NCBI GenBank assembly: GCA_051294375.1
Contig: CM119271.1
Coordinates: forward strand, 7,616,162 to 7,680,161
DNA from: Paraspadella gotoi
Lineage: Eukaryota > Animalia > Chaetognatha
Length of the DNA: 64,000 bases
Direction: 5' to 3'
Shown: positions 33,650 to 50,164 of the stretch, in pieces
Numbering within the stretch: the first letter of the stretch is position 1
Layout: every line of letters starts with the position of its first letter
Translations under genes and position numbers: made by a program
The notes under the pieces: generated by a model
Database searches by the model: none
Told to the model about the DNA's origin: nothing
The model's input: only the letters and a program-made list of their open reading frames with translations

Positions 33650-34026
33650 GGAAGCGTTCCTTTGGGTCTTGGGGATGAGGAGGATGAGGCGTTAAAAACT
33701 GCCAAAGACAGAATTCCGGGGACTATTGCCATTCTGTCCGCGATCTTCCCTCGCAGCTCGTGATTCTTTATTACGATTTTTTTTAGACAAAAATTATTAT
33801 TGTGTTCACAGTTTCTTTGCTTTTGCCCTTTCGGAATTGTTTTTTTTGTTTCCGAAGTATCTTTTCTCGTGGGGTTTCGTGTAGACGAGGCTAAGAATCA
33901 TTCCTCTCGTAGTTTTTGATACGAAATCCACCCGCAATTTTCAATGCAACAATAATAGCGTTAGTTTTATTTTTTTTTGCTATACTTCGTTAGGTACCAG
34001 TCCTAATTAAATTAGTTTTAAAAAAA

Positions 34027-35334
34027 ATGAAGTTCAAATTTGCATCGTTGCCCCTCATGGTCGCCATTCCAGCGGTGGAGATGAACTACATCTTATCTCA
34101 ATTGGAATCCATCGACGATCGCCTCTTTCTTTGGTCCTCCTCTTTATCCGGTGCTTCCGCCGACGACGACGACGCCGCCGCCGTCGAAGAAATCCGCGAG
34201 GCACTCGGTGTCGTCGTTCGTCGATTTCATTTCGCGCTGCAACGGGAGGATTCTTCGTGCGATGCCTCGACGCCGCAGCCGCCGCCAACTACGCCGCCGC
34301 CATACGTCGACCGACGCGAGTCTCTCGATTCGGCATCGATCGTAAAGCGATCTTTACCTTCCAGTCCCTCCTCAACGGATTCCGGCTGCGATGCCGTCAC
34401 TGCCACGCCCCCGCCCCAATCTTGGGACGGCTTTGTTCCGCTGATTGACGATACTAACTCGACGCCGTTTATTCATGAGCCGGAGGGGGAGGTTTCCAGA
34501 AACCAGGCCGTCGAGACTTCGAACGAAGACTGCGCGAACGATTCTTTATTACTCGGCGTCGTCAAGCGTCCCGTGAGCCTCGTCCTTTCAATCGAAGGCC
34601 TCGACGTATCCCGATCTGACTTAAAAGCGACTCTCGCTAATCTCGGAGTTCCCGAAGCCCCCGTGACCTTCTTTGGACCGAAGACGATTATCTTTTCCGT
34701 TTCTTTCCTCAAAGCTCGTGAATTTCTAATGGATCCCAATCGAATCGTCGATCTCGCCGGTAGTCGCCTCCGTCTCGACCTCTCCTTCCAATTGACTTAT
34801 CTAAAAGTTGTCGCCGTCCCGACTCGTGGATCCTTGATCAATTTGCATCCGCGCGATGTCGCGGCGATGATTCCTCCGGAGATTGGATTGGTGCGCGTTC
34901 GTCGGTCGGCCGACACTCTTTGCTTCGTTTTTCTCGATCATTGGCTGGCCCGATGTTTCCTCGAACACCCTCCGCCCTTCTTGACGCTCTGCCGATTGTC
35001 GTTGGACATCGACTTAAGTCTCCAGTGTCGCACTCATCGGCCGTGTCCCGTATTTCCCGTCAATTTCGTCATATGCCATTTGGCGGACGTCGTTCCGCCC
35101 TCTGCCGAAGAGTTGTGGGCGATGTTCATCGACAACGGGTTCGACGTTTTCTTCTTATCCTTCTACGAGGACCCGAGGTTCGGACTCGTCTGCTTCAATG
35201 ACGTTCGTTCAGCGATGAAACTTCTCGACGGGACCGTTCGACGGCGAGACGGCGCCGTAATCGTCAGCGCTTCTCCGTCCACCGTTAATCGGTGGTACTA
35301 CGACCCGGTCTTCCAAAAACTCAATCCCGTTTGA
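34027..35334 (+). CDS. Intronless 435-aa protein of unknown identity with up to three degenerate RRM-like folds in its C-terminal half
   Basis: Long GC-rich ORF with the same codon style as neighbouring genes. The last ~90 aa (ICHLADVVPPSAEELWAMFIDNGFDV...PRFGLVCFNDVRSAMKLL) have RRM spacing. The start could also be 34057 or 34081. Confidence 0.7.
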   Translation: MKFKFASLPLMVAIPAVEMNYILSQLESIDDRLFLWSSSLSGASADDDDAAAVEEIREALGVVVRRFHFALQREDSSCDASTPQPPPTTPPPYVDRRESLDSASIVKRSLPSSPSSTDSGCDAVTATPPPQSWDGFVPLIDDTNSTPFIHEPEGEVSRNQAVETSNEDCANDSLLLGVVKRPVSLVLSIEGLDVSRSDLKATLANLGVPEAPVTFFGPKTIIFSVSFLKAREFLMDPNRIVDLAGSRLRLDLSFQLTYLKVVAVPTRGSLINLHPRDVAAMIPPEIGLVRVRRSADTLCFVFLDHWLARCFLEHPPPFLTLCRLSLDIDLSLQCRTHRPCPVFPVNFVICHLADVVPPSAEELWAMFIDNGFDVFFLSFYEDPRFGLVCFNDVRSAMKLLDGTVRRRDGAVIVSASPSTVNRWYYDPVFQKLNPV

Positions 35335-35637
35335 TTGCCATTTTGTTTTTATACTAATTTTAGAATTTAAATTTTATATCTACATTGCATGTATGAGGTG
35401 TGGGCGTTAGTGGTACAGTATGTTTTTTATGCAAAACAAAGCTCTTGTTATTTTTCCATTATATTGGAAATTCGGTTGAATTGTGTTGCATTTGAGAAAC
35501 CGGACGCCCCCACCTTAAACAAATACACATGGATCTTTTAGAATTATTTACAAACAAAGAATTTTACTTATTTTTTCGCTCGGTTTCAGAATTTCACTGT
35601 TAGATATTTTTCGTTTAAAAGACTGTAATTCGTCAAA

Positions 35638-36166
35638 ATGGTGAAAGTTAAGGCTCACGAACTTCGCGGAAAGAAGAAAGAGGAGCTTTTGAAGCAACTC
35701 GACGAGCTGAAGCAAGAGTTAGCTTCGCTCAGGGTGGCCAAGGTCACGGGTAAGTTAATCCCTGTTTCCGTAGTTTTTTGGTTTATCATATTTCATTTCC
35801 TTTTTTTGTTCGCCAGGCGGCGCAGCGTCGAAGCTTTCCAAGATTCGCGTCGTGCGAAAATCCATCGCCCGCGTGTTGACCGTCACCAATCAAAAACAAA
35901 AGGCAGAGCTGCGCAAGTTCTACAAAGTGAGTTTTGGTTTCCATAAAATCCTTACTCGCCCTAATAATATGAACGTTTTCTAAATTTAAACATCTTTCGC
36001 CCCCATATTTTCACAGAACAAGAAGAACAAGCCCCTTGATCTTCGAAAAAAGCTGACGCGCGCCAAACGCCGCGAGCTGAGCAAGAGCGAGCTTCGAATC
36101 ATCTCGAGAAAAGAGAACCAGAAGAGGCGCGTGTGGCCCGAACGCAGATTCGCCGTCAAAGTTTAA
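35638..36166 (+). CDS. RPL35: 60S ribosomal protein L35 (uL29), 3 exons
   Basis: [60 protein letters not shown]...[15 protein letters not shown]. Confidence 0.97.
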
Positions 36167-36468
36167 AAAAAAAGATGAGAAACGAAGACGATTTACGTCA
36201 TCCGCCGGAAATGGACTGAGGAAAATGGAGCCTGTCATCCGGCTCAGCTATCTCTTTCCCTTTTGCGAGTTCATTTGTTCGTAATTTTTTTCCCCGTTAC
36301 AATTCAAGAATTTGTTTTTATCGGAAATAAAGAAAGTTTTTGATCGAGAGTACGGTCTTTTCTCTTTTTTCTATAAGTTTAAAATTTTTAAAAAGGTACT
36401 TAGTTCAGTTGCTTAATACAGAGTTCGTTTGACAGTCACTGCTCGGGTCGGCTCTTTGAGGAGCGACG

Positions 36469-40526
<4,058 letters not shown>

Positions 40527-40574
40527 AGAGAAACTAGATGAAAAAAAAAAATATCGTTCGTTTTTTTATATTTA

Positions 40575-41002
40575 TTCGCGATTGTGAATGTACTCGTTTA
40601 TCGACTTGGATTTTTATGAACTAAACTTATAACGTTTAACGCTTCGATTCATGGTTCGTGTTTCTGTCGATATTTAAAAGAAATATATCACTTTTTCTGA
40701 AGGTAAAATCAATGGGAAAAAGTTTTTAGAGTGCATTCTCAATCACGAACGTTTTTTTTTTCTCTTTTACCATCGGCAATTCGTTTCGTTATCTCTCTCT
40801 CAATCGTTGAAGCGATTGTGAATGTACTCGGTGTTACTCAATCCTTTAAGACTGTTTTTTTTTTTCGCGAAGAAAATGTGACTGTTCGATCGATCATACG
40901 TTAATTCCGTGGAGTGATGATCAATTCTTCGATTTAAATAAAATTATTTTCCTAAATTTAAAAAACAAGTTTTGAAATAAAGAGTGCATTCTCAATCTTT
41001 TC
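40575..41002 (+). other. Two tandem long-loop inverted-repeat units (21-bp stems) in the LARS2-ADAR spacer
   Basis: Arm 40575-40595 pairs with 40729-40749 and arm 40809-40829 pairs with 40982-41002. The core GATTGTGAATGTACTC / GAGTGCATTCTCAATC is identical in both units. Confidence 0.75.
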
Positions 41003-41158
41003 GTAATTTTTTTTTATCGCATTGTTTAATACCAAAAAAAAAAGATTAACTCAAATTCGAGATTTTCGTTAAAACAAAAAGGGGGAAACAAAATTTGAAA
41101 ACGTTTTGGTGTTAGGAAAAGAATTCATGATTTTATGAGATGATCAAGAGTCGACAAG

Positions 41159-44088
41159 ATGCCCCGTGATAGAAGTTTATCGCCTTATTCCAAGAAACAA
41201 CGGCGACTGTCTCGCGACGCCGACTATTTCAAAGCCAGGTTTGTGAATGACGCAACTAGCATATTTCGATGTGACTTGATTGAAATTAAATCAATAACGA
41301 TATAAACTCTCAGAGGCGATCGCCGTCGAGACGACGACCACTATTATCGCGACGAGCGTGACCATTATTATCGCGAGGCGGCCGAGTGGCGCGGCGAGGA
41401 CCGCTTCGACGAAAGATACCGCGAAGACGATCGTCACCGCGGGAATCAAAATGGCCGCGGCCACCGATCCCGCTCGCCCTCCTCCAGAAAACGGCGGTCG
41501 GCGAAACGCTCGGCGGAATATGACTCTGACTCGGACGAGCGGTCGTCGCGGTCGAGGAAAGAAAGGAAGAGATCGTCGAGTCCGAGGAGAAAGGAGAAGA
41601 GGCAATCTTTGAGGTGAGGCTTTTTTTCAAGAGTTGGATAAAACAAAGTAAAAAAACAAAGTATAAAAAAGTGCGAAGCAAAAAAAACATAGAACAAAGC
41701 AATAATGGGAGCAATGACAGGGCTAGACCAAACTGAGAGAATAATTTTTCGCACGCATTGGTGGTGGTTGTTATCGTCGACGTCTTGGTTGTTGTTGCTA
41801 CATCTTTTCAATTGGCATTCCAGCCCGGCTTCTCGCCAATTTAGCGCCATGCTGGCGGCAGCGGCCTCGAACGTTCAGAAGCCTCAGGTCATCACGAAGA
41901 CGTTGACCGAATACGTTGGACCACGAATCGCCGCCATGGAGGAGACGGTGCAGATCGCCAACGTCACCTCGCAGCAGGAGACGAAGAAAGAGGAGGCGCG
42001 CGAGGAGAAGACCAAAAAGTCTGCGTCGCCGCCGCTGCACAGCTCCAAGTCTTCGACGCCTTCGATCCAGGAATCCTCGATGCTGCCGGGAATGCCTATT
42101 TCGCAGCAGCCTCTGGGTAAGAAAAATTGGCAGACAAGTTGTTTTTTATTTTCCGATGACGTATTTTCGAATTTTTTTTATTTCTCAGATCCAAGCCTTA
42201 CGGATTTCACAATGGACGCTGACTCATCGGACTTTGATTTTCCCCATGCGGACGTTGCTCCTCCGGGAACTGTCCCGCTTCAAGCTGTCGAGGTCTCCAG
42301 CATCGAAGATGCACCCCAAGCCATAGAGACTGTACCCGCCGTCAATCCCGCTGGCGTTAAAAAAGAGCACACACCCGGTCCACCTCCTATGCCGACTTTG
42401 CCCGCCACCTTAGAGACTACAGACGTTTCTTTACCCGTCCAGTTTACCCAGCCGACCCCTGCGGACCCTCCGCCGATGCAACCACCGCCAATTCAGCCTG
42501 CGTTTCTAAAGGCTGCATCCCCGTCGTCGCCGTCTATCACGGGGTCAACGCAATATTCGCAGTATTCTCAACCGCCAGTAACGTACGCGGCTCCCCAGAA
42601 GCCAATGCCGTCGAAACGCGATCGTCGTTCTAGCTCCACCGGCCCACGTCCGGTCTCGACGGCCCCGCCTCCCCCTCCAGCGGGCGCCATCGACGTGGCT
42701 GACATTAAAACCGCTTCGCCGCTTGCGCGCGTCATCCGGCCCGGCTCCATTCCAGAGGCGGCGCTTAAAAAGACGTTTACGAGGGGACCGGGGCCAGTGG
42801 CGCTACCTCCAGGAAAGAATCCCGTTCAGGTGAGTTACTGCCGACTGTTCATCCGTTATAACTGCCTGCTCTTGTGCACTTTTGTTTATTGCAAGATTTG
42901 CTGTGTCAAGGAAACGTTTTAGCCTTTTTAGTTTGCATCCTACTTTTAGTTTTTGAACGAGAAAATTCCCGGGTTACCCTACGAATGCCTTGGTCAGTTT
43001 GGACACGTCCATCAACCCCTTTTCCGCATGGTGGTGGTCTTTAACGGAAAGGTCTACCAGGGGGAAGGCTCGTCGAAGAAGTCGGCCAAACTCGACGCCG
43101 CCAACAACGCTTGTAACGATTGGTTTAAGGTCTGTCGCCAGACTGTCTCTAGTTTTAGTTTCATGAAATTATGTCTAAAAATTTACTCTTTTAGGAAAAT
43201 CGTGAGAGGTTGGAATCCAGAGGAGTGGAGGTAAAGGAGGAAAACAAAGCTTATGAGTCGGGCATCTACGGCTTCGTGAGATCGGAGGCCGAAGGAGGTC
43301 CGGCCGTAAACGCGGGTAAGGCATCGTAGGAAGCGATGACTTACTTCCCACTCTATCATCAACTAGGACCACTATCTTTTGCTTCTTCCACAATACAGCT
43401 CCGCTGCACAAGAATCCCGTTAATATACTGCACGAGCTGAGGGGAAACGTCATCTACAAGCCAGTATCTGAAACCGGGCCAAAATACAATAAAACATATG
43501 TTATTGGTAGGATAAGTTTGATTAATGTAATTGTTAATTCTTGAGAAAATTATGGGTTTTTATTTTACGGCGGCTATTCCTCTGTTATTTCATTTTTATC
43601 CTAGCCTGCGTCGTTGATGGGCAAGAGTTCGAAGGGCGGGGCAAAGATCGAAAGATCGCCAAGACTCGAGCGGCTGAGGCGGCGCTGACGACTTTGTTCG
43701 AGATGGACTTTACCAATCATCACGTCGACTCCATTCCCTACATTCCCATCGTGACTGATGATCAACAGGTTGCACTTTCCGCACTGTGATAATATGCACG
43801 TTTTGTGTATTGTTTTTCGTCAGACACAATATATCCAGTTTTTTGTCGTCACATTCATTTTATTCAACATTTTCCCAGGCTCTCGCCGATCACCTCCTCG
43901 GTTTGGTCTACGACAAATTTTTTCAACTGACCGAGGACGGACCCACCAGCATCCGCAAGGTCACGGCCGCTATTCTTATGACCTCGGAAGAGAAGGAACT
44001 TATCGGCGAGGAGAAACCCGTCACGGCCAAGACGTTTTTTCCGGAACCAGAGCCGGAACTGGAAGAGGAAGAGGAATGGGAAGGCGGC

Positions 44089-44120
<32 letters not shown>

Positions 44121-46533
44121 GGAGGAGGAAGCAGAGCAGGAAGAGGAGGGAGAAGAATGGGTAGAGGTATGACTATCCTAAATAGTAGATAAATTTCGTT
44201 TTACAAATTTACATTTTTTTAAAAACTATTTTTTCCCATGAAGGACCCAAACGACCAGTTTAACGAAGGCTACCAATGGGAGGGCGGATTCGGGGGTCAA
44301 TTTCCACCCAACCACGGATTAGGGCGAGGAATGGGTCAGCCTATGTATCGCCCGCGCCCGCCTTTTCCCGCTGGCATGGGCATGGGGCCAATGGGACCTC
44401 GGGGGCCTCACGGTCCAGGAGGATTTCCCCCTCGTGGACCCTTCCCATATCGAGGAAGGGGCATGATGCAACCGCCCCATAATCCGTATGGACGCTACTC
44501 CGTCCCTCCACGACCCAGTATGAGACTAGGACCGCCAGGCCCTCCGAGACCTCCAGTCTTCATGGGCATGCGTCCTCCTCGTCACCCGCGTATGCCCTTC
44601 ATGCCCCGTGGACTGCCCCCTCGACCAGTGCGCGGTTTCCCCAGGGGGCCTTTCCCGCCTCCCTTCCCGGGGGCGGGACCGAGGATGATGAGGCCGCCCT
44701 TTCCACCCATGATGCCGGGATTTTTCCGGCCGCCCAAACCCAAGCCGGTGAAGCGGCCGCCCAAGGTCGACTCAACCCTTAAACTACCTTCGTCCACGCC
44801 TGATCTCGAGAGGTGTATTTATGCCAAAGTGGTTTCCATAGGCACGGGCACCAAGTGCATTGGCGGTGAATTCATTTCCGGTAAGTCTTTTGACAGATTA
44901 GTGTAATACAAATTATATCAAATTTGTCTTTCGTAGTTATAAATTAAACTTAGTTTTTTATTATTTTTTATTATTATTAATTAGTTGAGACTCTAATTTT
45001 TTTGCGTAAATCAAGTCGAACTAAAATAAATTTTTTTATTCCAAAGACTGTTTCAAAACCCATTCATCGCAGATTCCGGTTTGGTGGTCAATGATTCGCA
45101 CGCTGAGATCGTGGCTCGCCGCGGCTTCATACGGTTCTGCTACGACCAGCTGCAACTGCTGCTGTCAGATAAGGACGAAGTCAGAAAATCCTCTATTTTT
45201 AAGATCAAAGGTAAACGATTGAAGAATTTGGTTCGAAGTCACTAGCGCGTCATTTCGTCCTTTATTCATTTAGGTAACGCAGGAAAGGGTGAGGCGATGT
45301 TCTCTCTAAAGCAAGGCATCAAATTTCACCTCTACATCTCATCGGCGCCCTGCGGTGACGGACGGATGTTTAATTTGCGAGAGAATTATCAAGATGACGG
45401 ATACGCGAAGATCGACGAACATCCCGAGAAGGATTCCAGGGGACTTCTCCGGTGCGAGTCTTATTTTCGACTTCAGTGAAATTATTTTTATCAACCTACC
45501 TTTTTCCTCTCAACCCCTCCTTACCCGACGCAGCTGCAAAGTAGAGCACGCTGAAGGCACTCTCCCCGTCACGCTGACGCAGGCGCCCGATGGAATCCAG
45601 ACTTGGGACGGGGTCATTCAGGGCGAACGCCTTTTGACGATGAGTTGTTCCGACAAAGTCGCTCGCTGGAACGTCCTCGGAATACAGGGTTTGTCAAAAG
45701 AGTTCTGGATTTAAAAGTTGGATGGCATTCGGCAGACAAATTCGTTTTCCTTAGGCGCTTTGCTCAGCCATTTCATCCCGCCCATTTATTTGGAATCCAT
45801 TATTTTGGGATCTCTGTTTCACGGGGACCATTTGAGTCGAGCCGTTTACGGCCGACTTGAAGTGGTGGACGACCTCAAGATCGAACTGCCCGAGGGTAAA
45901 TTTATTTTTATGCCAATTACCTTATTCCGACTGCTTTTGTTTTCGTTTTTGTTCGCAGCAATCTAATATAATTTTAAATATAATTATCTCAATAGCGTAT
46001 CGTCCGCATAAACCTCTTTTGTGCTGCAAGAGCAAGCCAGAAGCCAAGATAGTCGGAGTCACACCCAAGTATGGCGTAAATTGGACTACCGGTGATGAAG
46101 ATGTTGAAATCTTAGGTTTGTAGTAGTACAATCGTTTGACTTTCTATTTCTAGTCTCATTCCATTTAAATAATTTTGCGACTTAATTCCCAGATATGCGA
46201 AGCGGAAAAGTGGAGGTTACGAAAAAACCGTCTCGGTTATGCAAGTTCAATCTTTACAAGCGTTGGCTCGAGCTGAGCGCAAAAATGGAGATGCTGTACG
46301 CGCGTTCGACGGCCGAGGGAAAGTTGTACTCGGAAGTCAAGGTCGGTCGCTTCGACGCTGGAGTTTCTCTTCCTCACATTTTTCACGTTTCACCATTTCG
46401 TTGTTTATAGGGAGAAGCAAAGTCTTATCAGTCGGCGAAAGATACTTTTAAAAAGGCGTTCAGAAACATCGGATCCGGAAACTGGGTGAAAAAACCCATG
46501 GAACAAGACATGTTCGAAATCTCGACGGAATAA
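41159..46533 (+). CDS. ADARB1: Double-stranded RNA adenosine deaminase, ADAR2-like (2 dsRBDs + deaminase), with an RS/RD-rich N-terminus and a large insertion
   Basis: dsRBDs KNPVQFLNE...[10 protein letters not shown] and KNPVNILHE...[10 protein letters not shown]. Deaminase motifs [63 protein letters not shown] and [13 protein letters not shown]. Confidence 0.9.
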
Positions 46534-47268
46534 TCCACGTCTCTCTCAAATTTAAATAATCGCTCTCTCTCTCTTTCTCTCTTATCGCCGTTATTTCTCT
46601 TTCTTTTTAATTTACTCGTTCTACATTGCTCACCCTCTTAGGGTTTCGTTTTTTTTAGTAACGTGATAGGCATGCCGATTTTTCAATGCCCCAATTGCTG
46701 CGCTTGTTTCGATTAATTTTAGTTTTTAGATTTAACCAGGGATTAGTTTTCTTTAACATATTTTTTGTAGCTCTCATATGACTTACGAGAAATAGTGTAG
46801 AGCTTGATCCGTGACGTTCCAAACGCATGTTTTTTCTTACCAAACGTGTTTTCGAATTATTACGAGGTATGAGTGCTAGCGTCTAACGGTATTTTTTTTT
46901 TTTAATTTTTACTCTTTAGTTGATGTTTAGTCCAAAATTGCAGTTTTCTTACAGTTTGTGTACCGTCTTCAATGTACTCGTGGGAATATGGGCTGGTGGT
47001 TTCTATATGAATCTATAATGTAGCGTTTGGGTCAGTTTATTCTATCGTACCGCTCTTTCTCATAAGTTAATCGTTCAAGAGAGAATTCAAGCCCGTGTAT
47101 TCCATTTTTCGTTTTCTGACTTCACCTTCAGATAATCTTCCTCCTCGAACATTGACGTAAATGAACTCGCCGCCGCGTGACCAAAGACTTATCATTTCCT
47201 ATCTCGAAATTTTTTTATTAATTTCAAGTTTCCACCCGGGTGCACCCCCTTAAAAATTATTTAAAAAA

Positions 47269-50164
47269 ATGCTCAATTCCGTTTCGAGCGGGTCCTCGAA
47301 GGGCGAGGCCAAGCACGATGCTTCCTCCGAAACGTGGGCGCCGTCGGATCGCGTGCGGCCCAACGCCTACGTTTCCTCCATGGCCGATTATCGCGCCATG
47401 CATCGAGAGAGCGTGAACCAACCGGAGAAGTTCTGGTCGCGCGTCGCCGCCGACTTTCACTGGCATCAAGAACCCACTCTTGGTGACGGGTCGTTTTTGA
47501 AGTACAACTTTGACTACACCAAGGGTCCCATCGTCATCAAGTGGATGGAAGGCGCCGTCACGAACATTTGCTACAACGCGATAGACAGGCATATAAGTGA
47601 GCGAAGGCATTATGAAGATTCTGTCACTTTCATAATGAACTAAATTCAGTTTTTAGTCTCGTTTATTATTGGCTTTGGGACTTCATAATCGATACGATTG
47701 GAAACTGGCCAGTGACCAATTAACTTTCTCCCTTCCCTTTTTTTAGACAAAGGTCTCGGCGAAAAAGTGGCCTTTTACTGGGAGGGTAACGACCCTAACG
47801 ACACGGAGCGCGTCACATTCTCGGAGTTGAAGCGTCGAGTCTGCCGTCTGGCCAACGCGCTCAAGGCCCACGGGGTGGGGCGCGGGGACCGGGTTGCCGT
47901 CTACATGCCGATGATCGTTCAATTGCCCGTCGCGCTGCTTGCCTGCGCAAGAATCGGCGCCGTTCATTCTGGTTCGAAAAAGAAGTTGAACACGAGTTGT
48001 TATTGCGAGTTTAGTTGCGAGAATATATATCTAAAGTGGATGTATTACCACCCTTTTCAGTCGTTTTCGGCGGATATTCGGCCAAAGCTTTGGCCACGCG
48101 CATCATCGACGGCGGATGCAAGGCCGTCTTGACTGCCGACGGCAGCTTCCGCGGCACGAAGCTCATCGAGTTGAAGACTTTGGTCGACCAGGCGCTGGAA
48201 ATCTGCTCGACGGGATCGCTTGGGACTGTCTATAAAGACGTCACCAGCTGCATCGTTGTCAAGCACTTGGGCGGCAAGGACGACGACGCCGATGCGTGTG
48301 AGGAAGAATGCCCTCCGGCCAAGAGGCCCTATCGGTAACGGTGGGTGAGCGAGATCAATGCTGTGACCTTTTTGATATCGTCCTGTTTATCTAGATAATG
48401 TTGTATAGCTTGCCTTTCAAATATTAAGAGACCTTCTCCTTCGTCACTTCTCAATCATCAATTTCAGTAAAGTCTGCTGCAAAATGACGCCCGGGCGGGA
48501 CCACTGGTGGCACGATGTCGTCGACTCCTGCGATGACGACTGCAAAGTGGAGTGGGTGGACGCGGAGACTCCACTATTCATGCTCTATACCAGCGGCAGC
48601 ACCGGCAAGCCCAAGGGTGTCCTGCACACCACCGGAGGATACATGCTGTACGCGGCGACGACGTTCAAATACGTCTTTGACTATCACAAGGAAGACGTTT
48701 ACTTTTGCACGGCAGACGTCGGTTGGATCACCGGTAAGGTCCTTTTTTTTATTACTACTTTTTTATCATTCTTCCTTTTTTCTTTTCATTTCTTTTTCCC
48801 TTCCCAGGCCATTCCTACCTCGTCTACGGCCCCCTCCTCAACGGCGCCACCGGCATCGTCTTCGAGGGCGTCCCGTTCTATCCCGACGCCGGACGATTCT
48901 GGGAAATCTGCGCCAAGTACCGGGTGTCTCAGTTTTACACGGCGCCCACGGCCATTCGCGCCCTCATGAAATTCGGCGATGACTGGGTAAAGAAGCACGA
49001 TCTGAGCGACCTCAAGGTGCTCGGGTCGGTGGGAGAGCCGATCAATCCGGAGGCCTGGCTCTGGTACCACCGAGTCGTCGGTCGCGAACGATGCTCAATA
49101 GTCGACACTTTTTGGCAGACGGAGACAGGAGGCCACGTTTTAACGCCGCTGCCGGGTTAGAATCGGATTTTTTGTTTGTTTTTTTAATTGCTTTTCGACG
49201 CGGTTAGTGACGAACGCCTCTTTCCAGGCGCCACGCCTCTCAAGCCCGGCTCGGCCACTTTTCCCTTCTTCGGCGTCATTCCGGCGATTCTCGACGAATC
49301 CGGAACCGAGATCACCGGCGTCGGCGAAGGCTATTTAGTCTTCCGGCAGCCTTGGCCGGGAATCATGAGAACCGTTCACGGGAACCACGAGAGATTCGAA
49401 ACGACCTACTTTAAAAAGTTTAAGGGATTTTACTGCACGGGCGACGGAGCCAGGAGGGACAAGGACGGGTTAGTAGTTTGTTTGAACGATAAAAGAACAT
49501 AACGATAGATTAGAACATATTTAAATGTATTTCGAATCGTAATTTATATTCAAATGTCAGTCGTGACCCGAAGCAAACTTTACTTATCCAAATATTCTAA
49601 TCCTCATCGTTTTGTCCTCAGCTACATGTGGGTGACCGGTCGCATCGACGACATGATGAACTGTTCCGGTCACCTCATGTCCACCGCGGAGATGGAATCG
49701 GCCCTGATTGAACACCCGGCCGTGGCCGAGTCGGCGGTGGTGTCCCGCCCCCATCCCGTCAAGGGAGAATGCGCCTACGCCTTCGTCACCCTCAAGGAGG
49801 GCCGCGAGTTTAATGAGAAGCTCGTCAACGAGTTGAAGCAGAAGGTGCGCACAAAGATCGCTCCCTTCGCTCAGCCCGACGTCATCCAGAACGCCCCGTC
49901 GCTGCCCAAAACGAGATCGGGGAAGATCATGCGGAGGGTGCTTAGAAAGGTAAGGGAAGCAATTGAGTTTAATGGTTGATTTAACTTAAATTACGAGAGA
50001 AATAAAAAAAAAAATTGGGTCAATCCAGACATTTTTATTTTTCATCAATCCAATCGCTTCTCGCTTAGGTCGCCTTGGGAGAAAGAGACGATCTCGGCGA
50101 CATCAGCACCATGGCGGACGAATCGGTCATCGATCTCCTCTTCGAACTGAGACCGGAATGCTAA
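47269..50164 (+). CDS. ACSS2: Acetyl-CoA synthetase, cytosolic type, multi-exon
   Basis: [60 protein letters not shown] and [12 protein letters not shown], plus a PPAKRP insert like cytosolic ACSS2. Confidence 0.93.
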
